Source of the DNA: Chiloscyllium plagiosum
Taxonomy: Eukaryota
Length of the DNA: 64,000 nt
Direction of reading: 5' to 3'
Assembly: GCF_004010195.1 (NCBI RefSeq)
Contig: NC_057749.1
Coordinates: 6,291,933 to 6,355,932 of the forward strand
Shown here: positions 49,454-61,575 of the stretch, piece after piece
Numbering within the stretch: the stretch's first letter is position 1
Layout: each line of letters starts with the position of its first letter
The notes under the pieces: model-generated
Database searches by the model: none
What the model was told of the DNA's origin: nothing
Seen by the model: the letters and a program-made list of their open reading frames with translations, nothing else
Made by a program: the position numbers and the translations under genes

Positions 49454-49712
49454 TGATGTGGAGCTGCTGGTTTTGGACTGGGTAGACAAATTTAACACAG
49501 CACTAGGCTGCATCCCCTTTCTAAGTGATTAAAGGTTTAACAGCCATCTAAGTTTGTCTAATATATCACATCAGTTGTTTGATCTTTGATCTATAAATTC
49601 TGTGTACTACATATCCTGCTCCACTAGCTACCTGACAAAGGAACAGCATTCCAAAAGCTTGTACTTTCACATCAACCTGTTGGACTATAACCCAGTGTTG
49701 TGAAATTTTTAA
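49454..49712. mobile_element. Fold-back family B cassette, variant subfamily
   Basis: Exact 13-bp TSD CATCGTACCTTCA (49441-49453/49713-49725). Confidence 0.85.
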
Positions 49713-50214
49713 CATCGTACCTTCAGCTAGATGGACCCTGAGCTTCCTACCCAAAACCTCTCCACATCATGTTCCTCCTTTCAGACACTCCTTAACATTT
49801 TCTTTGACCATGCTTTGACCCAATGTCTCCTTAACTAGATCTCTGTTAAATTCATGTGAATAGCTTTGAGATGTTTAATGTTGTTAAAGATGTGGTATGT
49901 AGCTTTTTTGATCTTGCTGTTTGCTGAAACACACCTATTGGTAAATGAGATGGCTGAGCAGATGGTTTTGTTAAATTTATGTGGCTACATTTCATCACAG
50001 AACTTGGTCCAGACTGAGAAGTCAGAACAGATATGCATTGATTAAAATGTAAAATAGGTATCCCTCCTTCCTGTAGCTCTTATTGCTTAGGAAAGCCAAG
50101 TGAGTGAGTTTGTGTTGATGCTGAGTTCCTTTTACACAATTTTACTGAATTTTACACCAAGTGTACTTTAGCATATTGATAGACAATTAAAGGCAAAAAG
50201 CTGAATTTTATTCT

Positions 50215-50620
50215 TATAGAATCATAGGGATGTACAGCACGGAAAAAAACTCTTAAGTCCAACTTGTCCATGCTGACCAGATATCTTAAATTAATCTAAT
50301 CCCATTTGCCAGCACTTGGCCCATATCCCTCTAAACCCTTCCTATTCATGTACTTATCCTGATGCCTTTTAAATGTTTAAATGCCTCCACCACCTCCTCT
50401 GGCAGCTCATTCCATACACTCTCTGTGTGAAAATGTTGCCCCTCAGCTCCCTTTTAAATCTTGCCCCTCTCCCCTACCCTGGGGAAAAGACTTTGTCTAC
50501 TTATCCTATCCATGCTCCTCTTGATTTTATAAACTTCTACAAAGTCACCCCTCAGCCTCCAATGCTCCAGGGAAAATAGCCCCAGCCTATTCAGCCTCTC
50601 CCTGTAGCTCAAACCCTCCA
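50215..50620 (-). mobile_element. CR1/HER1-type 3' end
   Basis: Homologous to the other truncated copies. Confidence 0.85.
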
Positions 50621-50984
50621 GCAGCAGATGACATTTTCTGCATTAAAGATTCATGAACGTTTAGTCCCTATGTGTATGTGAATGGATATTTTTAATATCA
50701 CGCATCACTTCTGCTGGGAAATAAGCCACTGGTGACTGCGTTTTCAGCTAATGGGGTGCGAAGTTCTAGAATTCCCTTCTTAAACCTCTAGGCCTCTCGC
50801 CCTTTCTTTCCTTTCAGATCTGGCTAACATCCAAGCACTTGGATTGAGCGTTTGGCCACCCATCCTAATACCCCTTTGTACAGCTGCATGTCAGGCTTTG
50901 TTAGCTCACAGTCATGCAATGTATATTTTACTGTGTTAGAGGCACTATATAAATGCAAGTTGCTATTGGTGCTGTGCAAAACTT

Positions 50985-51880
50985 GTTGACAAAGGAGGCA
51001 TGCTGTCAACGCTTTTCAACTTGCACTCATCAGGACAAGTGCAAGAATGCCAAATTTCAAAGGGGATAATAATTTGTACTGCATGAGACTGTTATGGACC
51101 AGCTCAGACCCCTCAGAATATTTTAAGAAGATAGCCCAGATCCTAATTTTTTCTTATTTTAAAGACAAGTGTCTGTTCTTGATGCAACGCAACTGGTAGA
51201 ACCACTCTATGTTAAGCAAACCACAATTCATAAACACTGTAGTTAAAATGCAGCCAAAAAAAGAGGAATTTAGAATAACTTAACTCTATTGGAAAACTTA
51301 ACAGAATAATAGATACAGTACCTATTACAATTTAACTGTTCTAATATAATAAGATCCCATAAATACACCCCTTGGCCAAAAAAGTAAATTCAGACACAGA
51401 TTATCACATGCAGTTCTCCAATTCAGGAGGAGAAAGAAACATCAAGAGAAAATTTAAAGAAAAAGCAGCGAGGAAACATTCACTGAAGCTTCTGACTCTT
51501 TTTAGACCCCCAAAGGCTTCTGCTTAAAGTTAAACCTAAAAACTAAAAAAAAACAAGAAAGCCTGGCCTGTGAGAGCTGGCCGCACCCAGATTGCTTTCA
51601 TTGTTCCAACTTTAAAAACAAAATCCCAAAGCCTCCAAACTTGTTAACTCAAGTTTGCAGCATGCAACTTGGAGGGTATGTTTACAACCTCTCTTCAAAT
51701 AGTAACCCAGGACAAAATAACCACAGCATCATCACAAGACAAAATCAACATGCCAACCAATCGGCACACATTTTCTCAAGCCGTATAAATTGCTGCCCCT
51801 TTTGAAATTTCACATTCTTGCTTCTGTCTTAAGGATTGCAAGATAAAAAGCTTCAACAACATGCTTTTGTTCCCAACTAT
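50985..51880. mobile_element. Old palindromic element with hammerhead-like core (family E), split by an LTR
   Basis: Arms 50990-51085 and 51780-51880 are imperfect inverted repeats; minus strand reads GTC-CTGATGA-GTGCAAGTT-GAAAAGCGTT-GAC. Confidence 0.55.
51090..51736 (-). mobile_element. Solo LTR (Gypsy-like)
   Basis: TG...CA termini, 4-bp TSD AGAC (51086-51089/51737-51740); both ends homologous to 17826-18485. Confidence 0.88.
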
Positions 51881-51894
51881 CGAGTGACTAAATG

Positions 51895-53395
51895 CATAAA
51901 GTCCACCGTCTACAAGATATCAATCAGGAATGCGATGGAATACTTCCTGCTTGCCTGGCTGGGTGCAGCTCCAACACCACTCGAGGAACAGACACCATTC
52001 AGGGCAAAGTTGTACTCTTGATTGGCACCACATCCAGAGAAAGAGACCACTTTCGCCACCACTGATGCACCATTGCGGTAATGTGCACCACTGACAAGAT
52101 GCACTGCAGTAACTCACCAAGGTTTCTTTGATAGTACCTTCCAAAACCAAGACTTCTACTAGCTAGAAGGAAAATGGCAGTAGATGCATGGAACATTAGC
52201 ATCTATAAATCCTCCTCCAAACCACTCATCATATAAAAGATTTGGATGTGAGCATAAGAGGTATAGATAGTAAGTTTGCAGATGACACCATAATTGGACG
52301 TGTCAAGGGTAGTGAAGATTACCGCAGATTGCAACAGGATCTTGATCAGATGGACCAATGGGCTGAGAAGTGGTAGATCGAGTTTAATTTAGATAAATGT
52401 TCTAAAAGGAAAGCAAATTTTAAGCATGACTTATACACTTAATGGTAAGGTCCTAGGGAGTGTTGCTGAACAAAGAGACCTTGGAGTGCAGATTCATAGC
52501 TCCTTGAAAGTGGAGTCGCAGGTAGATAGGATAGTGAAGAAGGCATTTGGTATGCTTTCCTTTATTGGTCAGAGTACTGAGTACAGGAGTTGGGAGGTCA
52601 TGTTGTGGCTCTACAGAACATTGGTTAGGCCACTTTTGGAATATTGCATGCAATTCTGGTCTCCTTCCTATCGGAAGGATGTTGTAAAACCTGAAAAGGT
52701 TCAGAAAAGATTTACAAGGATGTTGTCAGGGTTGCAGAATTTGAGCTATAGGGTGGGGTTGAATAGGCTAGGGTGGTTTTCCCTGGAGCGTCGGAGGCTG
52801 AGGGGTGACCTTACAGAGGTTTATAAAATCATGAGACATGGATAGGATAAATAGGCAAAGTTTCTTCCCTGGGGTGGAGGAGTCCAGAACTAGAGGGCAT
52901 AGGTTTAGGGTGAGGGGGGAAAGATATAAAAGAGACCTAAGGGGCAACTTTTTCATGCAGAGGGTGGTACGTGTATGGAATGAGCTGCCAGAGGAAGTGG
53001 TGGAGGCTGGTACAATTGCAACATTTAAAAGGCATCTGGATGGGTATATGAATAGGAAGGTTTTGGAGGGATATGGGCCGGGTGCTGACAGGTGGGACTA
53101 GATTGGGTTGGGATATCTGGTCGACATTAACGAGTTGATCCAAAAGTTCTGTTTCTGTGCTGTACATCTCTATGACTCTATGACTCAGTCTGACTATGTC
53201 ACTGTTCCTTCAATATTGCTCAGCCAAAATCCTGGAACCTCCTTCATAAAAATTTTTTGGGTGCTCCCATCCCCTCAGGATTGCAGTGGTTCAGGAAGGC
53301 AGCTCACCACAGCCTTCTCCAGGGCAACTAGGGACAGGTAATAAATGCTGCCATAGCCAACAACACCCACATCCTATGAATGATTTTTTAAAAAG
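51895..53395 (+). mobile_element. Old non-LTR retrotransposon 3' region (clade uncertain), split by CR1
   Basis: STVYKISIRNAMEYFLLAWLGAAPT; homologous to 63165-63765; resumes at 53186. Confidence 0.7.
52232..53185 (+). mobile_element. CR1/HER1-type LINE, truncated
   Basis: KFADDT through RPLLEYCMQFWSP to the ATGACTCT tail. Confidence 0.92.
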
Positions 53396-54299
53396 ATTTG
53401 ACAGAGGCAGGAAGAATAAGCCATTGTTACATTGTTCACTCCACTCGACAAATTAGTTCCCAAAAAAATCTGTGCCAGTGATATGAAGGGACAACTAACC
53501 CCAAGAGTTTGTTGCTCAGTTGTAATACACTTTCTGAAGAAGCGCCATTGAATAATGAAGTGGTGGCAGGTAGCTAACCTCATTAAATTACAGAATTCTG
53601 CTAATCAGTGGTTGCAATAAGCCAACCATTAATCAGGAACTCTCTGCCACTGACCTTCGGAGTCAGAACAAATGAGCGAAACTGGGTTTTTACACCTTCC
53701 TTGAATGAATCAATTTGTCAGGTCTGAATATGTGATAATAAGGTGCCTTATGGCCATCTGAAATTAGTGAAGTTCTCTGCTGGATCAATGGCTGAATTCA
53801 AATGCTGTTCCCAGCAGACTACAAAATAATGGCCCTGTCATAAACAAATGGTGGAAGATTAATGGTGCTCACTTGGGTCTGTCATATTAGAGAAATCTAT
53901 TAGACCACGTGCCTAAAACTGAACTCAATCATTCTCAGGCAGCCTCCAGCAACTAATATGAAGACCTTGAGGACTTTTTGAGCTATGACCTTGAGAAAAA
54001 GTTGGGAAGTTCCTTTTTTTCCCAACCAGCTGACCAATACTTTTGTCATGATCCTTTTAAGAGTTTGTTCAAACTCTTGAACTCTAATTCGTTATAATCA
54101 ATTTAATGAATGTCAAAGCCATAATTGAACCATATGTCAGTCTTGTGACTGGCTCCAACTGGAAATGAGTGTGTAATAATAACCAGCGCACAGGGAGCAT
54201 AAATATTTCAATTCCACCATAGCTCTGGGTTACTGCTAACTGTGTGGATGTAGCAGGTAACAGGTGTTAATATGGAGTATGAATGTTTTTAACACTATA

Positions 54300-54425
54300 G
54301 GGGGCGGCACGGTGGCTCAGTGCTAAACACTGCTGCTTCACAGCACCAGGGACCTGGGTTCAATTCTGTCCGCAAACAGGTGATTGTTTTCCCTGTGTCT
54401 GCATGGGTCTCCTTTCACAGTCCAC
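54300..54425 (+). mobile_element. HE1-type SINE 5' fragment
   Basis: GGGGCGGCACGGTGGCTCAGTG head. Confidence 0.7.
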
Positions 54426-54574
54426 ACATGGATTTCAACACCAAGTCCTCAGAATATTACCTAGATCTGTGGACTACAAGGTCAGTGCATTCCCACTGCA
54501 CTGTTACCTCCCCACATTAAAGCCATAAGTCTCTGCCAATTGGTGCCTGGCTTCTTCAGTAATTTCTGAACATC

Positions 54575-54850
54575 TGTGTGCATGTCTCTGTACGCGTGTC
54601 TGTGTCTATGTGTCTGTGTTTATGTGTGTGTCCCTATGCATGCGTGTGTCTCTGCAGCTGTGTGAATGTGAGACTGTGGGTCTCTGCATGTGTGTGTGTG
54701 TGTCTGTGTGAGAAAATGTGTAAGTGTGTGCGTGAGAGAGAGTGTCTGTGTATGCATGTCTATATCTGTGTGTCTGAGAGAGTGTATGTGAGAGTGTGTG
54801 TATGTGAGAGTGTGTGTATTAGAGAGAGAGAGTGGAACAGTGTGTGTTTG
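54575..54850. repeat. Imperfect (TG)n/(GA)n microsatellite
   Basis: Seen directly. Confidence 0.95.
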
Positions 54851-55170
54851 TGTAGCAGGAAAGAAGATTCAGTGAATTACTATAAGTGACATCTTCATCC
54901 TTTGATGTCTTTTTAATAATGTTGGATTACCATCAAATTAAATCAAATCCTCCAGATAAGCAATTGTTTCAGATTGGCTTGCCTGGAATTTGTCAGTAAA
55001 ACATTGCCTTGCCCATATGCATTTTGCATTTATGATAAACATTTTAACACAAACTTTTATAATTAATACTCTATAATTTACTATCTAGATAATGTGTGTG
55101 GCATTACTGTATTCATTTGATTGTGACTTTAAAACCTCACTGATACTATATGCTTAGTGTAAAATAAGTA

Positions 55171-55298
55171 AAATATAAATTCTGTGTCCTACAATCTTAT
55201 ACTCCACAACCACCTGATGAAGGAGCAGTGCTGTGAAAGCTAGTGCTTCCAATTAAACCTGTTGGACTATAACCTGGTGATGTGTGATTTTTAACTTT
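55171..55298 (+). mobile_element. Family B hammerhead cassette
   Basis: CAC-CTGATGA-AGGAGCAGTGCTGT-GAA-AGCT-A-GTG; 12-bp TSD with 2 mismatches (55159-55170/55299-55310). Confidence 0.8.
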
Positions 55299-55827
55299 GT
55301 GAAATAAGCAGTATTACAAATGTGCAGGCAGTGTTATTGTTACAACTAGAGGATAAACTTAGAAAATAAATGTTGTGAATTTAGAAATTGACAAATTTTG
55401 ATCTGACGAATTTACTCAATATATTTGAGCATGTTGCTGATTTAGTTATTTTTCTTCCATGACCACTGATGGGGAGTAAGAGCATAAGAAATAAGAATGG
55501 GAGTAGGCTATTCAGCCCCTCAAGCCTATTCTGCAACTCAATGACCGAACGTTTGTGCCTACAACATCTTTCTCTTCTGTCCCTATGAGCCTTGATTCCT
55601 TACATGGTTAATCTTTTTATTAAATAAATAGTTACTGGATATTCTCCAAAAATGATTATTTCAATGCTACTTAAGTAGGAGAGTTAACTTAGAATAATTA
55701 TTTGGTTAAACAGAACGTGAGCATTGCTGATAAAGGAAATATCCCATTGGAGCATTTTGTCTCGCACTTATCAGGATGAGTGCAAGAATTCCAAATTTTC
55801 AACGGGAGAAACAATTTAGACTGCACG

Positions 55828-56035
55828 TAAACCCACTGTCCTCTGACCAGACAATAGGGCTGCTCTCTCATTAGAGAGAGATTCAGGTGGTTTATCCTGA
55901 GGATCATTCGTGCCTCAGGTGAGGGAAGAGGTTGAGAAGGCGAGCCCTTCTTCATGGTGGCCATAGCTGGTGCAGGAATTGAACCCATGTTACTTAGGAT
56001 CATTCTGAATTGCAAACCAACTAAACCAACGTCCC
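55828..56035 (-). mobile_element. tRNA-derived SINE (family 3)
   Basis: Homologous to 6722-6940. Confidence 0.7.
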
Positions 56036-56177
56036 ATAGCTTGTAAAAGGAGCTGATTGATTAATTGTTGAGTAGAGGCTAACTGCCGGTTGGCATTCTC
56101 GTGACAAATGTGCCAAGGAACTGTGTTGAAATACTGAAATTACAACCTGATATTTTTGCAAAGAAGAGTGGCTGGTA

Positions 56178-56470
56178 GTAAGTCCATAAGACATAGGAGC
56201 AGAAATTAGACCATTCAGCCCATCGAGTCTGCTTCGCCATTTAATCATGGCTGATATGTTTCTCAACCCCATTTTCCCGCTTTCTCCCTGTAACCCTTGA
56301 TCCCCAAGAACTTGTCTACCTCAGGCTTAAATATATTCAATGATTCACCATTCTCTGGCTGAAGAAGTTTCTCTCTTTATCTCCATTCTAAAAGGTCTTC
56401 CTTTTACTCAAAGGCTATGCCCTTGAGTCTTCGTCCAATGGAAACATTTTCCCAACATCCACTCTGTCCT
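56178..56470 (-). mobile_element. CR1 3' end
   Basis: CCATAAGACATAGGAGC tail on the minus strand. Confidence 0.8.
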
Positions 56471-56691
56471 GGACAGATGGTGATAATATTGCACAAGCAA
56501 AGGGTAACAGAATAAATAAATAACTTAGCTAATTTTAGTAGAAATTGTTGAGGAGAACACATTGCTTAGGATTTTCGGAGATCCGTCTCCACGCTCTTAA
56601 ATAGGCTCATGGTATCTTTAACATTCACTTGACTCGGTGGAACATTCAGGCTGCATCTCAGTTTAAACATCACAGATGAGGGCTAATGATG

Positions 56692-57040
56692 GGGGTGGCA
56701 CGGTGGCTCAGTGGTTAGCACTGCTATCTCAAGCGCTAAGGATCTGGGTTTGCTTCCCTGTCTCAGTTGACTGTGTGTGAGGAGTTTGTACTTCCTCCCC
56801 GTGTGCGTGTGTGTTTTCGCCAGGTGCTACCCAGTTTCCTCCCACAGTTCAAAAATGTGCAAGTTAGATGGATAGGCCGTGGGAAATTGCCTATAGTGTC
56901 CAGGGATGTGCAGGTTAGGTGGGTTAGTCATGGGAAATGCAGGGTTACAGGGGTAGGGTTGGGGGTGGGTCAGAATGGAGTGCTCCTCAGAGGATAGGTG
57001 TGGGCTGAATGGCCTGCTTCCACACTGTAGGGATTCTCTG
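56692..57040 (+). mobile_element. HE1-type SINE
   Basis: Head, body and tail present. Confidence 0.88.
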
Positions 57041-57731
57041 ATCAGTGCCTTAATTTAACAATGGACTATTACCTTGTTATTGCCTGCATTGGAGATTAGA
57101 GCTAAATTCTGAAACAAACATTCTACGATCTGAGGTGATACACAAGGTCATGATTTAGCATTATTATAGCTAAAAACACACGATAGTTGCCAACACTACC
57201 CAGTTGTAAGATTTTAGCATCTGTTTCACTTCCACTCCCATCAATAGCCAAGCAAATTACAAATGGCAAACTATCAGTGACCTTTGCCTGAACTGTAGAA
57301 TAATCACAATTGGTAATTAGTTCCCACTACGATAAATGGAAGTGCGATGGAATAGAGGACCAATATGAGTAATGGCTGTCATCTTTAAGAACCTAAAGGT
57401 TTACTCAAGAGTGGAATATTATTGGTTTTCTATCTCTGTTGTCTTTTAGGGTTGATTGGTTTAAAATGATCAGATTTATTCGAACATATCAGCTAAATAA
57501 GCTGTTAAGGGAGTCCAAAGAAACTAGCGCTAAGATGTGAAACATTCCTTTTTCTCTGCAAACATTGCCGGATTTATTGAATGACTTCAGCGTTCCCTCA
57601 CTTTTTAATGGAAGAGTAAACATTTCAGTCTCAATTGTTCACTTCAGTATGCTAACACGAGCTGGAAAAATTCACTTCCCAAGCCACAGAAAAGATCATA
57701 ACCAGGAGTGAGGGATTTTCCTCATAGCATC

Positions 57732-58545
57732 TGTTCTGGATCAGGTCAGACCCCCTCAAAATATTTTAAGAAGGTAGCCTAGGCCTGAAATTTTTCATTA
57801 TTTCAAAGGCAAATGTAAACTGTCTGTCCCAGATGCAATGTGACTGGTCAATTTACTTGACATTAAGCAAAACACAATTTACTTAAGCACTGTAGTTAAA
57901 CTACAACCAAAGAAAGAGGAATTTATAATAACTTAACTCTATTGGAAAACAATAATACAGTAACTATTACTAATTAACTGTTCTAGTATAGCAACATCCC
58001 TTGGCATAAAAGCAAAATTCAGACTCAGATTCTTGCATGCAGCTTTTAGATTAGATTCCTACAGTATGGAAACAGGCCATTTGGCCCAACAAGTTTACAC
58101 CGACCCTCTGAAGAGTAACCCACCCAGACCCATTTCCCTACGTTTACCCCTGACTAATGCACCTAACACTATGGGCAATTTAGCATGGCCAATTCGTTTG
58201 ACCTGCACATCTTTGGACTGTGGGAGGAATCCAGAGCACCCGGAGGAAATCCCTACCAACACTGGGAGAATGTGCAAACTCCACACAGACAGTCACCCAA
58301 GGCAGGAATCAAACCCAGCTCGCTAGCACTGTGAGGCAGCAGTGCTAACCACTGAGCCACTGTGCCCCTCCCTGAACCACTGTGCCGCCCCTATTTCTCA
58401 GATCCAGGAGGACAAAAACATAGAGAAAATTTAGAGAAAGTAACAGCGAGGAAAGATTCACTGAAGCTTATGACTCTTTTGCATTAAGAGAAAATTCAGA
58501 GTATAGAAGCCACAAGATATTCACTTAAGCTTTGGACTCTGTCTC
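57732..58545 (-). mobile_element. Partial solo LTR interrupted by an HE1 SINE (58046-58392)
   Basis: Collinear with 51090-51500 on both sides of the SINE. Confidence 0.8.
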
Positions 58546-59139
58546 ATAAGTCAGACAGATGAGTGATTTTTATTTGAGAATTTGAGGAGAAGCCCAATCT
58601 CACAAATGATCACACAGCATTTACGCTGTCAATTTATATAGTTACAGCTGCCTTGTTTAATTAGATTTTCATCAGACTCTCAGCCTTACAAGATATTATA
58701 CAAAGGCAAGCTTTCTGGAACTATTAACCGCTTTAGTTTTACACCATGATTTTCAACAGCATCTCCTTATAGTCAGCAAGTGAACTTTGAGTGGTAGAAG
58801 TGATGGAGAATGTACAGGTTGATGATGACTGATAGGTAACTGCCAAATTTGACAAAGTTTAAACCAGATGAGGTTTTAACCAGAGGAATGGACCAGAGAA
58901 TGGTTATCACCTCTTTTGTAAAGTTGAAACCAATTTAATGTGTGTACATGTTCTTTTGTCTGCAAAAACAGAGCCGAGTGAACTTATGGATGTAACTTCC
59001 AGTACACAAAAGTGCACCACACTGCATGCCTGGCTGACAATCTTAAATTGGTTGTCAGAGAAATTTTTAATTTATTTGGGATTATTAAGTAAATGTCCAA
59101 TAATGGAATCGCATCTGAAAATTCAAAACATGATGTCAA

Positions 59140-59478
59140 CATTAGAGTCAGAGAGTCTTACAGCACAGAAACAGACTCTTTGGTCCAACCAGTCCATGCT
59201 GACCATATTCCCAAACTAAACCAATCCCACCTGCCTGCTCCTGGCACATATCACAGACCTTACATATTTTATCTAAGTGTCTTTTAAATATTGTAATTGT
59301 TCCTCAGGAAGTTCATTCCACAAACAAACCACCCTCTGTGTAAAAGATTTGCCCCTCATGTCTTTTTTTTTTAATTTCTCTCCTCTCACCTTAAAAATGT
59401 GCCCCCTACACTTGAAGTCCCCCCTTCCAGGAACAAGACACTTACAATTAACTCTATCTATATCCCTCATGTCTTATA
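59140..59478 (-). mobile_element. CR1 3' end
   Basis: RGHIFKVRGEK...FTQRVVCLWNELPEE. Confidence 0.85.
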
Positions 59479-59911
59479 AAGGGAATCAATTCCTGCATGC
59501 TTGTTTGACTGTAACCTGGGTTCCACTGTGTGTGATTCTAACATTGAGATCAATGTCAGTTTCCAATAGAGATTAGTGAAAAACAATGAGTGGCAAGAAT
59601 CTATCCTCAGTCGTGGGGTAAGACAGAAAGGGAAGTGTGCGTTTCACGCATTTCTACACTATGGCTTTCTCACACCTAGTCAAATGTCTGCTGGCAAATT
59701 CATGTGGCGCAGGGAGTTGGCTCCAGGGCAAATCAAGCGCACAAGGCAGGACACCCGGTAAGCAGGCAGTTAATCTGTGGACCAGATATCGGTCTCAGCC
59801 ACAAGTCTAAAGGGCCTTGGCCTCTCACACAATTTCAGGTCAACTGAGAATCAACAGAATGGTATTAAATTACCAAACTAAAGACATTATGCAATATTCT
59901 CTATAGGCATA

Positions 59912-60129
59912 CAGGTTATTGTGCTGTAACGCATATTTCATCAACGTAAATTGGCTATAACACAATTGACGAATAGGGGATGCTGTTTCTGAATCGTGAA
60001 TTCTAAAATGTGTGTTGGCTATAACGCAGTTGCATCGCCAACACTTTACATGCTAGTTTTATTGTGAGATTTTTATATAGCATGGGATCGCACAAGAACG
60101 CAACCATTGTGTTAAAGAAGCAATACCTG
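59912..60129. mobile_element. pogo/Tigger-like MITE
   Basis: TA|CAGGTTATTG...CAATACCTG|TA: imperfect TIRs with TA on both sides. Confidence 0.7.
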
Positions 60130-61020
60130 TAATAATTTTCTTGACGTTGTTGGACAGCTAAGGACTATAAGTATAATCCTGCCGAGATTAGGTAAACATG
60201 AACAGTATTTAAGAAGCATCTTACTACCGGCTTCATTTTGCTACATCACTGGCCTTTTGATTTCCTGAATAGTTTTGGCATGTTGTCCATCAACATCTTG
60301 AGATACATTTTGCAAAATGTAGCTTTAAATTGGCACAAATTTGCTGTGCAATGCTCACTCTCCTGTATGTTTCAAATGCTTCTACTCTATGTTCATAGAA
60401 TCAATGAGGCTTGTTTGTCATTACCAGCCAGCATTATTTAGTGAGATCATGTAAATCTTTTGCAGCTTTAGAAATGAATAATGATTTATTGAGCTATCAG
60501 AATATATTGTCCATTATGACTTTAGCAATTAGTATAGTCAATATATGCAATGTATTAACTGAAATGTGCTTGTCTTATTGGTAAAACTGGTGACACTGTG
60601 TATGAAGAAGGGAAATGTGTACAGATCCTCAATATATTTGCATGTGAATCAAAAGCTGTATTAGCAGTGAACAAATATGGATTTAGTTAGCTGGTGCATG
60701 AATTCAAAATAAGTATTTCATATTCAGACCAAGAAATGGAATACAGTATGCAATTGTGTTCCTCCTCCAATCTCATATACGTTTTGAAGTAGATTCATGA
60801 CTTCAGCCGTGGTTGTGGACAGTTCTGCATCCTGAATCAGTTAGGTCTGTCCCTGCACAGTCACCCCAATAGGACGTATGGGGACTGTTTGCCATTAAAC
60901 CTCCCACATAATCCTTTTCTTTCCCATCCCCAATTATTTTCCTGTTTTATATATTGAGTTCCGTCCCAACCTCACTTCAAGTATTGTCATTCTTCCTGCA
61001 TCCAGGCATTCTGCCCCCAT

Positions 61021-61575
61021 TCATAGAACATAGAACAATACAGTGCAGAACAGGCCCTTCGGCCCTCAATGTTGCGCCGACCTGTGGACTATTCTCAGCT
61101 CGTCCCCCTACACTATCCCAAAATCATCCATGAGCTTATCTAAGGATTGTTTAAATCTCCCTAATGTGGCTGAGTTCACTACATTAGCAGGTAGGGCACT
61201 TCATGCCCTTACCATTCTCTGCATAAAGAACCTGCCTCTGACATCTATCTTAAATCCATCACCCCTCAATTTGTAGTTGTGACCTCTCGTACAAGCTGAC
61301 ATCACCATCCTAGGAAAAGGTCTTTCACTGTCTATCCTATCTAACCCTCTGCTCATCTTGTATGTCTCTATCAAATCCCCCCTGAGCCGCCTTCTTTCCA
61401 ATGAGAACAGACCCAAGTCTCTCAGCCTTTCCTCATAAGACCTTCCCTCCAGACCAGGCAACATCCTGGTAAATCTCCTCTGCACCTTTTCCAATGCTTC
61501 CATATCCTTCCTGTAATGGGGCGACCAGAACAGTACACAGTATTCCAAGTGTGGCCGCAGCAGCGTTTTGTATAG
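61021..61575 (-). mobile_element. CR1 LINE, truncated, relatively young
   Basis: Open frame LYKTLLRPHLEYCVLFWSPHYRKD...RGRFFMQRMVRA; CCCCAT on both flanks. Confidence 0.92.

Noticed and set aside
54578..54889. 103-aa Cys/Val-rich ORF
   Set aside because: Translation of a (TG)n/(GA)n microsatellite.
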